A DNA stretch of 40,008 bases from Endomicrobiia bacterium (lineage in GTDB: Bacteria > Elusimicrobiota > Endomicrobiia > DTEH01). Positions within the stretch are counted from its first letter, which is position 1, and each line of letters opens with the position of its first letter. This document shows, piece after piece, positions 19,429 to 28,309 of this stretch. The stretch covers positions 1 through 40,008 of the forward strand of contig JBCNUU010000009.1 in assembly GCA_039630545.1 (NCBI GenBank). Reading direction: 5' to 3'. The position numbers and the translations under genes are program-made. The notes beneath the pieces were generated by a model. The model ran no database searches, was not told where the DNA came from, and saw only the letters and a list, made by a program, of their open reading frames with translations.

Positions 19429-20234
19429 ATCCCTAAAAATATTTTTATATAAAAATCTAAATTTTTTAAAAAATCTTTTAAACTCATAGAAGACAATTCT
19501 TTCCACTCTATTCTAGGTAAAGCTAAAAGATCTAATTTTTTATTTGCTGGTTCTATCAAACCGGTTTCTAAAGTAGTAGCGGTTAAAAAATCTTCTTTAG
19601 ATAAAATACTCTTGTGATTCTTAAAAACTTTTCCAAATGGATAACAAAAGTGTTCAGGTTTTAAATTAAAAAATTTTTCTAACACTTTATTTGATTCTCT
19701 CAGTTCTTTAATGATTTCTTTTTCAGACAAAGTAGTAAGATCTGGATGAGTTAGAGTGTGATTTCCAATTTCAAAAACATCTAACATTTTTTTCATTTCT
19801 TCAAAAGAAATCATAAGTGATGCTGGCATTTTGGGATAAGAATAAACTCCTGTTTGTATTGCATCTATGTGTAGATATACTGTAGCTTTAAAATTATATT
19901 TTTTTAAAATAGAATAAGCATGGTTTAGATTCTTGTAACCATCATCAAAAGTAATACAAAACATTTTTTTTAAAGGTAATTTATTTTCTAACCTATGTTT
20001 AAGTTCTGTAAGTGTTATAGTTGTGTATCCTCTGGAATAAAGATATCTCATTTGTTTTTCAAAAGCTAAAGGACTTACATATAAAGACTTTAAACCCCCT
20101 CTGTAGTTTTCTATTTGATGATATACTAAAATAAAAGAAGTGTTAGAGTATTTAAAATACAAAAAAAGATATATACTAAACAGAAAAATCAGAAAACCTA
20201 TTATTTTCTTAAATATGTCCTTTGACATAAACAA
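19425..20234 (-). CDS. Polysaccharide deacetylase (CE4/NodB, IcaB-like) with N-terminal anchor
   Basis: L.YHQI, ITFDDGY, IGNHT.THP.L, FCYPFG, LPRI. Confidence 0.92.
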   Translation of the reverse strand: MFMSKDIFKKIIGFLIFLFSIYLFLYFKYSNTSFILVYHQIENYRGGLKSLYVSPLAFEKQMRYLYSRGYTTITLTELKHRLENKLPLKKMFCITFDDGYKNLNHAYSILKKYNFKATVYLHIDAIQTGVYSYPKMPASLMISFEEMKKMLDVFEIGNHTLTHPDLTTLSEKEIIKELRESNKVLEKFFNLKPEHFCYPFGKVFKNHKSILSKEDFLTATTLETGLIEPANKKLDLLALPRIEWKELSSMSLKDFLKNLDFYIKIFLGI

Positions 20235-20239
20235 AAAAT

Positions 20240-21298
20240 TTATTCTGAATAAAACTTTAAATACTTTTTTATCATACTTTCAATAGAAAATTTCTCCTGC
20301 AGGATATCTGGATTTATTTTCGCTTTTTTATAAGATAATAATTCTAATATAGCTTTTGCAAATTTTTTAGGATTTCTTTCCTTTACTATTTTTATTATTT
20401 CTTTAAATTCTTCTAAATCATTAATATCTACTGCAGAACTACATACAACTGGTTTTGACAAAATTATACTTTCGACTAAACTTCTAGGTAAACCTTCATA
20501 GTAAGAGCAACATAAAATAACATCAGAGGAAAAAATATAATCGGCTGTATTTTTTACAAAACCTGTAAAAATAACATTTTCGGAAATTTTTAATGTATTT
20601 ATTTTTTCAATAATTTTTTTATAAAAGAGATGATCTTCTATTTTGCCTATTATTAAAAGTTTGACTTTTAGGTTATTTTTAACTAACTCATATGCAACTT
20701 CTACAGCAAAATCTTGTGCTTTGTTTTTTTCGATTCTACCAATAATTGAGATAACTATCTCATCTTCACTTATATTATAATTTTTTCTTATATTAAAATC
20801 ACCTTGCTTCAAATTAAATCCATCATAAATCAGATTAACTTTATCATTATATAGGTTAAAATCTTTTATCAGGTTTTCTTTAATTTTGTTTGAAACAGCT
20901 ATAACTCCGTTACAATTCCTATATAAAAATCTATTTATTATTTTTTTAATACCTTTTTTTCTATATTCCACATTTCTTGTAATAAAAACTTTTTTCTTTA
21001 AAATTTTTCCTGTTATTAATCCTATCCAATAAAATTTAGGTGAATGGATATCAATTATATCTATTTTATATTTAATCAAAATAAATAAAATTTTTATGGC
21101 TGCTAATATATCTAAATCAAAAACAGGCCGTATGTTAAAAATTTTTATGTGATTTTTTAATAATACATTTAGTCTATTTGTTGCGAAACATATAAGAATT
21201 ACATTGTGTCCTTTTTCTTTAAATCCTTTACAACATAAGTATACTCTTTGCGCGCCACCTGACCAGTATTTTGAAGCGTCAAATAACGCTATGTTCAT
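20240..21298 (-). CDS. Glycosyltransferase family 4 (GT-B)
   Basis: WSGGAQ N-terminal motif, IGRIEKNK, V.FTGF, EGLPRSLVE (EX7E). Confidence 0.92.
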   Translation of the reverse strand: MNIALFDASKYWSGGAQRVYLCCKGFKEKGHNVILICFATNRLNVLLKNHIKIFNIRPVFDLDILAAIKILFILIKYKIDIIDIHSPKFYWIGLITGKILKKKVFITRNVEYRKKGIKKIINRFLYRNCNGVIAVSNKIKENLIKDFNLYNDKVNLIYDGFNLKQGDFNIRKNYNISEDEIVISIIGRIEKNKAQDFAVEVAYELVKNNLKVKLLIIGKIEDHLFYKKIIEKINTLKISENVIFTGFVKNTADYIFSSDVILCCSYYEGLPRSLVESIILSKPVVCSSAVDINDLEEFKEIIKIVKERNPKKFAKAILELLSYKKAKINPDILQEKFSIESMIKKYLKFYSE

Positions 21299-21369
21299 AA
21301 AATTATAATTTTATATTAAATTCTCGGTTTTATTGCAACAAAAATTATATTTTTATATTTATTTTTACT

Positions 21370-22842
21370 ATGAAACAAAAATATGTACTGTGGAGCAGTA
21401 TTTTGCTGTTTTCATTTTTTGGTATGTTTGGAAAACTTCATATAAGTGATCTTCAACCACTGGGTTCTGCGGCACATGCTTCTATTGCCAGAGAAATTTT
21501 AAGAACTAACGATTGGCTTACTTTACACTGGCCTCATTGTGAAGAATTTAGCGATTTTTATCAGTTTCCTCCTCTCTTTTTCTGGCTTCAAGCTATTTGT
21601 TTTAAAGTTTTTGGAATTTCAGATGCTACTGCAAAATATGTTTCCTCTTTTTTTGGAATATTAGTTATAATTTCAACTTTTATTTTAGCAAAAATTATTA
21701 CCAAAGATAATTATGTTGGGTTCTTATCAGCAATGACACTTATTCTCCACCCTTATTTCTTCAGACATGCAAGAAAATGTGAGCTGGAGACCGGTCTTAT
21801 GTTTTTTATTACTATGGGTATAATTTTTTTTGTAATCAGCGAAATAAAAAACAACTATAAATATCTTCTTTTAAGCGGGCTTTTTTCAGGATTGGGATTT
21901 CTTTATAAAGGTCCACCTGCTTACTGTATTCATGTGACTATTTTAGTTTATTTTGTTATTACTAAACAGTATAAAAAAATTTTAAACATATATTATATTG
22001 GTTCTATTTTGATAGGTATTTTAATACCATTTATATGGTTTATTCCTCAACTTATACATAAAGGTAATGCGTTAATTGAAAAATATTTTGTCAACCAAAT
22101 ATTTTGGTCTTTGCAAGGAAGAGGTGTTGTTTTTCAAACATTTTTTGAAAAAGTCAAAAGTTACTTGTTTTTTGTCCCAGTTTTTTTTAGTTACTATCTT
22201 CCATGGAGTGCTACCGGTTTTTTTGGAGTATATAAAGTTATAAAAGAAAAAAATAAAATTTTTTATAGCCTAATAATATGGGCTGCAGTAGTATGGATAG
22301 GTTTTACGCTTGCAGGTTATAAAGATGACTACTATCTTTTAGCTTTCTGGCCAGGATGGTGTGTGATGAATGGATATATTTTTTCCTTTTGGACCCAAAA
22401 AATAAAAGATAAATTAATAAATTTCTTTGCTATCATGAGTATAATTTTTACAATGTTGGTAATTTTAACACCTATTAAATTTGATAAAATAAGAAATCCA
22501 GAATTTAAAAGTCTTTCTTCTTATGTGAAAAATATTGTTCCGGAAAATAAAAAGATAATTCCATACAGACTTTTTTATTATGACATGGTGGCTTTAATTC
22601 CTTGGTACTGGGATAGAGGGGTTGAAAGATCATCATTTGTTGATAAGAATAAAAAAGTATGGAAATACCGTAGTATTGAAACAGAAGAAGAATTATTTAG
22701 TAGCCTAAACTCTTTAGATAAAAAGTTTCTTATTATTAAGAAAACCGACTATGAAAAACTATCAGATATTTTAAAAAATAAAATTCTCATATTAAAAGAA
22801 GAAGGAAGATTTTATTTTTGCGAAAGTAAGCCTAAATTATAG
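21370..22842 (+). CDS. ArnT/PMT_2-like GT-C membrane glycosyltransferase (GT83/GT39-like)
   Basis: A.IAREI...DW.T, PPL.FW, FG.S, G..FL.KGP, PW motifs; many TM helices; only credible plus-strand gene. Confidence 0.85.
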   Translation: MKQKYVLWSSILLFSFFGMFGKLHISDLQPLGSAAHASIAREILRTNDWLTLHWPHCEEFSDFYQFPPLFFWLQAICFKVFGISDATAKYVSSFFGILVIISTFILAKIITKDNYVGFLSAMTLILHPYFFRHARKCELETGLMFFITMGIIFFVISEIKNNYKYLLLSGLFSGLGFLYKGPPAYCIHVTILVYFVITKQYKKILNIYYIGSILIGILIPFIWFIPQLIHKGNALIEKYFVNQIFWSLQGRGVVFQTFFEKVKSYLFFVPVFFSYYLPWSATGFFGVYKVIKEKNKIFYSLIIWAAVVWIGFTLAGYKDDYYLLAFWPGWCVMNGYIFSFWTQKIKDKLINFFAIMSIIFTMLVILTPIKFDKIRNPEFKSLSSYVKNIVPENKKIIPYRLFYYDMVALIPWYWDRGVERSSFVDKNKKVWKYRSIETEEELFSSLNSLDKKFLIIKKTDYEKLSDILKNKILILKEEGRFYFCESKPKL

Positions 22843-23969
22843 CTTGAAGAAATTAAAAAAAATAATACATATGGAGCATAATGTGCTCTAAAAGGTTCAT
22901 CTACAAACCCATATACTAAAAAAACTAAAACGCTTCCTAAAACCCCTAATGAAAAATTTCTTACATATTTTTCTTGAGAATTGTAATATATTTTTATTAA
23001 ATTTCTTATTAATTTAAAAAATAAGCAAAAAAACAAAAAAAATCCCAAAATTCCGTTTTCAAAAAGAATATGAAGATACATATTATGTGGATGAAAATGT
23101 CCCTTTTCTTTAAACTCAGGATTTTCTTGATAAAAAACTTTTCTAAAACTATCTGGCCCATAACCTAAAATTGGCCTTTTTAATATCATTTTAGGAGTTA
23201 ATTTAATAAATTCTTTTCTTACAATGTCAATATTCTCAAAAGTTAAAGTTAACCTGTGTCTTGTTGGTGAATATATTAATAGTAAAAACAAAAAAGCTCC
23301 TAAAAATATTAAAAATTTTCTTTCTATTAACAACCCAAATAGTAAAAAAAATACAAACAATCCCAACCATATTCCTCTAGTAAAAGTTAAAAATATCCCA
23401 CTTACCACAGGAAAGCACAATACTGCATAAATAAATTTTAACTTTTTATCTTCTGCAAAGTAAAATAACACAAACAATAAAGGAAAAACCAGACCAAGAG
23501 TTCCCGCCAGAGAATTGAAATGTCCTGCTAATCCTATTATTCTATGATATTTCTGATATCCTTTATTAAGAATATCTAAGCCAGTAAAATATTGAACTGT
23601 TCCATACAGGGAATGTAAACTTATACTAATAAAAAATATCCACAGGATTTTTTTTAAGTAATTTTTTTCTAAAGTTAAGATAGAAAATAACAAAATAAAA
23701 TATCCTAAAATTGTTATTGTTCTTTTAATACTAGAATATAGATCAAAAGAAAAAATTGTAGAAAAAGTTAAACTGGCAAAAAAAAGTAGTATTATATATA
23801 CAAGATTCTTGTCTTCCAGATAAAAAAATCTATTTCTTATAGCGCTTAAACCTATATATCCTAAAGTCAATAAACTCAAAGATGTTCCAATGGCTGTAAT
23901 TGAGCAAGAAACAAAAATTGAAAAAAAAACAATGGATATTTTTATTATAAAAATAAAGATTCTTTCCAT
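22812..23969 (-). CDS. waaL: O-antigen ligase family protein (WaaL/Wzy_C)
   Basis: R..G..GH.N.LAG, TFTRG.W, PILGYG..SF and HPHNMYL..L.E.GI.G motifs. Confidence 0.88.
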   Translation of the reverse strand: MERIFIFIIKISIVFFSIFVSCSITAIGTSLSLLTLGYIGLSAIRNRFFYLEDKNLVYIILLFFASLTFSTIFSFDLYSSIKRTITILGYFILLFSILTLEKNYLKKILWIFFISISLHSLYGTVQYFTGLDILNKGYQKYHRIIGLAGHFNSLAGTLGLVFPLLFVLFYFAEDKKLKFIYAVLCFPVVSGIFLTFTRGIWLGLFVFFLLFGLLIERKFLIFLGAFLFLLLIYSPTRHRLTLTFENIDIVRKEFIKLTPKMILKRPILGYGPDSFRKVFYQENPEFKEKGHFHPHNMYLHILFENGILGFFLFFCLFFKLIRNLIKIYYNSQEKYVRNFSLGVLGSVLVFLVYGFVDEPFRAHYAPYVLFFLISSSYNLGLLSQK

Positions 23970-23984
23970 TTTGTTGAAGTATTT

Positions 23985-24374
23985 CTACTTTACTATATTT
24001 TTATTGCGAGGTATCCAACTAAACTTATAAAGAGGAATCTCAACTAAAAGATTTCTTAATTTGCTTCTTAATACTCTCAATTGTGGTTTTTTGCATTCAT
24101 ACTCTCCACTTAACTGCTTTATTACAAGTTGAGAATCTCCAAGAATTTCCAAGGTTATGTCTTTTAAGTCAATTTTATTTTCTTTAAAATACCGAAGTGT
24201 TTTTTCTATTCCATTTATTGCTGCCAAGTACTCAGCTTCTGGAACTGTAGTTTGTGGCTGTAAAGTTAAAGTTTCCTCAAACAAAATTTTTTCATCTTCC
24301 GTCGTAAGACAATAAGAACAACTTACCCCTTCAGGTGTTTTGTTGCCATCAAAATATAATTTAAATTTAATCAT
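23985..24374 (-). CDS. Ribonuclease HI-like protein (RVT_3 / RNase_HI_like), short at the C-terminus
   Basis: LYFDG, AEY.A.I.G, GDSQLVIKQL.GEY and WIPR..N motifs. Confidence 0.85.
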   Translation of the reverse strand: MIKFKLYFDGNKTPEGVSCSYCLTTEDEKILFEETLTLQPQTTVPEAEYLAAINGIEKTLRYFKENKIDLKDITLEILGDSQLVIKQLSGEYECKKPQLRVLRSKLRNLLVEIPLYKFSWIPRNKNIVK

Positions 24375-24657
24375 CTTTTTTATGTTTAATTTCTTTTAAA
24401 GTGATATTTATATTTTTATAAACTTCATCTACTATCTTATCATTGGTTATTTTTTGATTTAAAGTTTCTCTTTCTTTTATAAATAAAGGTTTCAATCCAA
24501 TTTTAGGAAAAACAAAAAAATTTACAAGATATAAAAAAAGAAATATCGTTAATACCCAAAGAGAAATTCTTAATAAAACCGATGTAATTTTTATAATGAT
24601 TTGTAAAATTAAAATAGAAACTATCAAAATTGTTGCTAAAATAACTAACCTGTCCAT
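24367..24657 (-). CDS. Hypothetical membrane protein (two N-terminal TM helices)
   Basis: Fills the gap between neighbours, with tight junctions on both sides; hydrophobic N-terminal half; no recognised motif. Confidence 0.7.
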   Translation of the reverse strand: MDRLVILATILIVSILILQIIIKITSVLLRISLWVLTIFLFLYLVNFFVFPKIGLKPLFIKERETLNQKITNDKIVDEVYKNINITLKEIKHKKDD

Positions 24658-24659
24658 AT

Positions 24660-24893
24660 TTAAATACTTTCTACTGATTTAACCTCTGGTATGTGTTTTT
24701 TAAGATAACTTTCTATTCCCATCTTTAATGTCAATAAAGACATAGCACAATGAGCACAGGCTCCTTTTAGTTTTACTTTGACTGTACCATCATCTGTTAT
24801 TTCTACAAGTTCAACATCTCCCCCGTCTCTTTGTAACATAGGTTTTATTTCATCTATTTTTTGTTTTATTTTTTGTTTTATTTCTTCATTCAT
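24660..24893 (-). CDS. NifU C-terminal domain / NfuA-like Fe-S carrier
   Basis: IKP.LQRDGGDVELV, V.L.GACAHC.MS..TLK.GIE (CxxC). Confidence 0.95.
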   Translation of the reverse strand: MNEEIKQKIKQKIDEIKPMLQRDGGDVELVEITDDGTVKVKLKGACAHCAMSLLTLKMGIESYLKKHIPEVKSVESI

Positions 24894-25732
24894 TTTTTTC
24901 TCCTCTTTTTAAATTCTTCAACTTCAAATTCTTCTGTAAACTTTTTCTTTTTCTCCATTATTTCTTTTTTGAAATTTTCTTTATTTTTCATTATCCATTC
25001 ATTTCTTTGCTTTTTAAGTTTTTCAAAATTTTCTCTGTATCCTTTTGTGGATTTTAAAAATTCTTCGACTAGTGTTCTTTTATATTCTAAAATATTAAAT
25101 GACAAATCTACAACTGCAGGAATAGTCGTATCAGGAAAAAAAGTAGCTTGTTTATTTTCTTGTATGGTTATTTTCTTTTTTTTCATTTCCTCAAACTCAT
25201 ATTCATCTTCCAAACTTAAAAATTTTTCTTCATCTATACTTTCTAAATAGGTTTCCACCTCACCTTCAAAAACAGCAATGTTTGTACTTTTGTCATCTTT
25301 TACACTTACATAAAAAATTGTACCCCTGACAGAAACTACTGTAGTAGGTGTAAATATGTGTAATGCCTCAAGTTGATATTCGTCTTTAAACACAAAACTA
25401 TCAACAATTAAAGAACCTTCATGAACTTTAAGCAGAATTTTTGTTTTTGTCTTATATTTGTCAGGTGTAACTATAAATTTTTTAATGTCTAACAAACAAT
25501 TTTCTTCAATTCTTAAAGCAACTCCATTTTCAAACAATAATTCCACAAAAGATAAAGAAAAAGTCTTTATTTTATCCTCTTTGTATATTGGCATGTATTT
25601 TTCTATTTTAAATTCCTTTTTTTGTCTTACTACTATTGCTTTTCCTTTGAATTTAGAAACCAGGGCCACCGGATTTTCATGACAATATATATACTGAATT
25701 AAAAGCAAAAAAATTAAACATAAATTTTTCAT
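24890..25732 (-). CDS. FecR-domain exported protein with a charged coiled-coil C-terminus
   Basis: Signal peptide; D.IKT...S.VEL.F.NG, TPTTVVSVRGTIF.V and V.EG.V FecR pattern. Confidence 0.8.
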   Translation of the reverse strand: MKNLCLIFLLLIQYIYCHENPVALVSKFKGKAIVVRQKKEFKIEKYMPIYKEDKIKTFSLSFVELLFENGVALRIEENCLLDIKKFIVTPDKYKTKTKILLKVHEGSLIVDSFVFKDEYQLEALHIFTPTTVVSVRGTIFYVSVKDDKSTNIAVFEGEVETYLESIDEEKFLSLEDEYEFEEMKKKKITIQENKQATFFPDTTIPAVVDLSFNILEYKRTLVEEFLKSTKGYRENFEKLKKQRNEWIMKNKENFKKEIMEKKKKFTEEFEVEEFKKRRKK

Positions 25733-25736
25733 AACT

Positions 25737-26429
25737 TTATTTTTTCTTTACTTTCCTTATAAAAATTTTCATTTTTTCAAAATCTTTTCTTCTTGGAAGT
25801 CTTTCTACTCCAGATGCTACATCTACTCCCCAGGGTTCTAAAAAATCAATTACTTCTTCTACATTTTCTGGTGTAAGCCCACCTGCAACAAAAAAATTAA
25901 ACTGCTTATTCATAACGTTAAAATTTTCCTTTATTTGTTTTAGTAAAGACCACTCAAATGTTTTTCCTGTACCACCGGCTTGATTTTCTAAATGAGTATC
26001 AAAAAGTATATAATCTACATAAGGAAGATATTTTTCTATTTTTGAAGATATTTCTGATATGTATTCGTTTATCTCATTTTGAGGAATTTCTTGTTTTGGT
26101 TTTATTTTTATGGTTTTTATTATCTTAAGTTGTGGTTGCTCCAATTTCAAATTCTGACAAAAATCTGATGTTTCTTCTCCGTGAAGCTGGATATAATTCA
26201 CATTCAATTTTTTGCAAATTTTAAGGATTTCTTTTGCATCCTCATTAAAAAATACACCTACACATGAGGTATAAGAGGGAAGACTCATTATAATTTCTTT
26301 GGCGTTGTCTATAGAGACTTTCCTTAGAGAATTTTTAACAAAGTTAAGTCCTATAAAGTCAGCACCTAAACTTGAAGCCCAAAATGCATCTTCTTTGTTT
26401 GTTATACCACAAATTTTAATTTTTGTCAT
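25737..26429 (-). CDS. trpF: Phosphoribosylanthranilate isomerase
   Basis: KIKICGIT, VGVF, IQLHGEE, GGTGKTF.W, AGGL.PENV, GVDVASGVE. Confidence 0.97.
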   Translation of the reverse strand: MTKIKICGITNKEDAFWASSLGADFIGLNFVKNSLRKVSIDNAKEIIMSLPSYTSCVGVFFNEDAKEILKICKKLNVNYIQLHGEETSDFCQNLKLEQPQLKIIKTIKIKPKQEIPQNEINEYISEISSKIEKYLPYVDYILFDTHLENQAGGTGKTFEWSLLKQIKENFNVMNKQFNFFVAGGLTPENVEEVIDFLEPWGVDVASGVERLPRRKDFEKMKIFIRKVKKK

Positions 26430-27235
26430 TTTTGAAATTTTATTAAACTCATCAATGCTTGTGTAATGTTAGAAGCCTTCATAAAATAACTTCCCACTAA
26501 TATAGCATCAACTTTTAAATCATAAATATATCTTACATCTCTGTTAGAAGAAATTCCACTTTCTGAAATGACAACCACATTTTTCGGTATATATTTTATC
26601 AACTTTTCAGTGGTAGTTATATCTACTTCAAATGTTTTTAAGTTTCTGTTATTTATTCCTATAATGTCAACATCAAAATCAATAAGTTCTATATCCTGTT
26701 TAGTATGCACCTCCACAACAACATCCAGTCCAAAGCTTTTTGCTTTATTATATAAAATTTTTAATTGTTTCTTATTTAAAATACCCGAAATCAACAAAAT
26801 GGCATCTGCTTTGTAATATATACTTTCATAAATCTGATATTCATCTATTATAAAATCTTTTCTTAAAACAGGTAAATTAACTTCTTTCTTTGCTAAAGTT
26901 AAATCAGAAATTTTACCTAAAAAATAGTTTTTTTCTGTAAGAATAGATAAAGCATCTACAAAACCAGAGTTGTAATATTCCTTTACTATTTCCCTGATAT
27001 CATAGTTTCTGTTTATTATTCCACAAGAAGGAGTGGCTTTCTTACATTCAGCTATAAGGGAGATTCTATCTATTTTTCTTTTTATTGCTTCTTTGAAGTT
27101 TCTTTTCTGATAGTTTACTTTTTCTATCTTTTTTAAAATTTTGTTTAAAGGAATTCTTTCTTTTGTTTTGTTTATTTCCTTTATTTTTTTTTCTATGATG
27201 TTTTCTAACAAAGAGTGTATTTCTATTTTACTCAT
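26426..27235 (-). CDS. trpC: Indole-3-glycerol phosphate synthase
   Basis: IAECKKATPS.G, LSILTE..YF.G, PVLRKDFIID.YQI, VEVH, IGINNRNL.TF, SESGI. Confidence 0.97.
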   Translation of the reverse strand: MSKIEIHSLLENIIEKKIKEINKTKERIPLNKILKKIEKVNYQKRNFKEAIKRKIDRISLIAECKKATPSCGIINRNYDIREIVKEYYNSGFVDALSILTEKNYFLGKISDLTLAKKEVNLPVLRKDFIIDEYQIYESIYYKADAILLISGILNKKQLKILYNKAKSFGLDVVVEVHTKQDIELIDFDVDIIGINNRNLKTFEVDITTTEKLIKYIPKNVVVISESGISSNRDVRYIYDLKVDAILVGSYFMKASNITQALMSLIKFQK

Positions 27236-28286
27236 TGGTATATTTTTTAAGAAGTTCTAATTTATTCAATGCATAACCCTCATCAATAGATTTTTTTGCT
27301 AATTCTATGCCTTCCTGAATAGTTTTTGCTTTTTGTGCTGCTACTAAGGCAAAAGAAGAGTTTAACACTACTATATCTCTTTTTGGACCTTTTTCTTTAC
27401 CTGTAAGAATATCTAATATAATTTTAGCATTTTCCTTCGCATCACCCCCATAAAGATCTTTAAGAGATGCTTTTTTTATTCCGTATTGTTGAGGCTCAAA
27501 AGTAAAGATATTAATATCTTTATTTTTAACTTCAGCTATAACTGTAGCTCCGGTAGTACTTATTTCATCAATTGAGTCTTTGCTGTGAACTACAAAAGCA
27601 TACTTTGTCCCTAAATTCTTAAGTACTTCAGCAATAGGTTTAAGTAGTTCATCAGAATAGACACCCAAAAGCTGAACATTGGCATATGCTGGGTTTGCCA
27701 GAGGTCCTGTTATGTTGAAAATTGTTCTTATGCCGATTTGTCTTCTAGGGGCTAAAGCATATTTCATAGCAGGATGCCACACCGGAGCAAATAAAAAAAC
27801 AATTCCAATTTCTGACAAGCATCTTTCTGCTTGTTCTTTTGTGATTTCAAGTTTTATTCCTAACTGCTCTACTACATCTGCTGAACCACACTGAGAAGAG
27901 ACGGATCTGTTGCCATGTTTAGCAACAAAAACTCCACACCCGGCTACCACAAATGCAGTAGCAGTAGAGATATTAAAAGTTTTTGAAGAGTCTCCTCCTG
28001 TCCCACAAGTATCTACAATTATATCGTAATTTATTTCTCCAATTTTTTTAAAATTATTAATGAGTTTTTCACGATGTAACTTTACAGGAATCATAAACTC
28101 TCTTAGAACTTTTACTGCTGCAGTTATTTCTTCCACTGTTTCACCTTTCATTCTTAAAGCTGTAATAAATGAAGCTATTTGAGCTTCTGTGGCTTGTCCA
28201 GACATTATTTCTTTCATCGCTTCTGTCATTTCTTCTTCTTTCAGATTATGCCTATCTACTATCTTTTGAATTATTTCTTTTATCAT
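27228..28286 (-). CDS. trpD: Anthranilate phosphoribosyltransferase
   Basis: LRMKGET..EI, DTCGTGGD...TFNIST, AKHGNRSVSS.CGSAD, RTIFN..GPLANPA. Confidence 0.98.
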   Translation of the reverse strand: MIKEIIQKIVDRHNLKEEEMTEAMKEIMSGQATEAQIASFITALRMKGETVEEITAAVKVLREFMIPVKLHREKLINNFKKIGEINYDIIVDTCGTGGDSSKTFNISTATAFVVAGCGVFVAKHGNRSVSSQCGSADVVEQLGIKLEITKEQAERCLSEIGIVFLFAPVWHPAMKYALAPRRQIGIRTIFNITGPLANPAYANVQLLGVYSDELLKPIAEVLKNLGTKYAFVVHSKDSIDEISTTGATVIAEVKNKDINIFTFEPQQYGIKKASLKDLYGGDAKENAKIILDILTGKEKGPKRDIVVLNSSFALVAAQKAKTIQEGIELAKKSIDEGYALNKLELLKKYTNE

Positions 28287-28309
28287 ATTAAATAAATAAA
28301 ACTAAAATT

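Noticed and set aside
23985..24374. RNase H fold as a transposase or retroelement remnant
   Set aside because: Motifs match cellular RNase HI-like proteins; no terminal repeats, RT or integrase nearby
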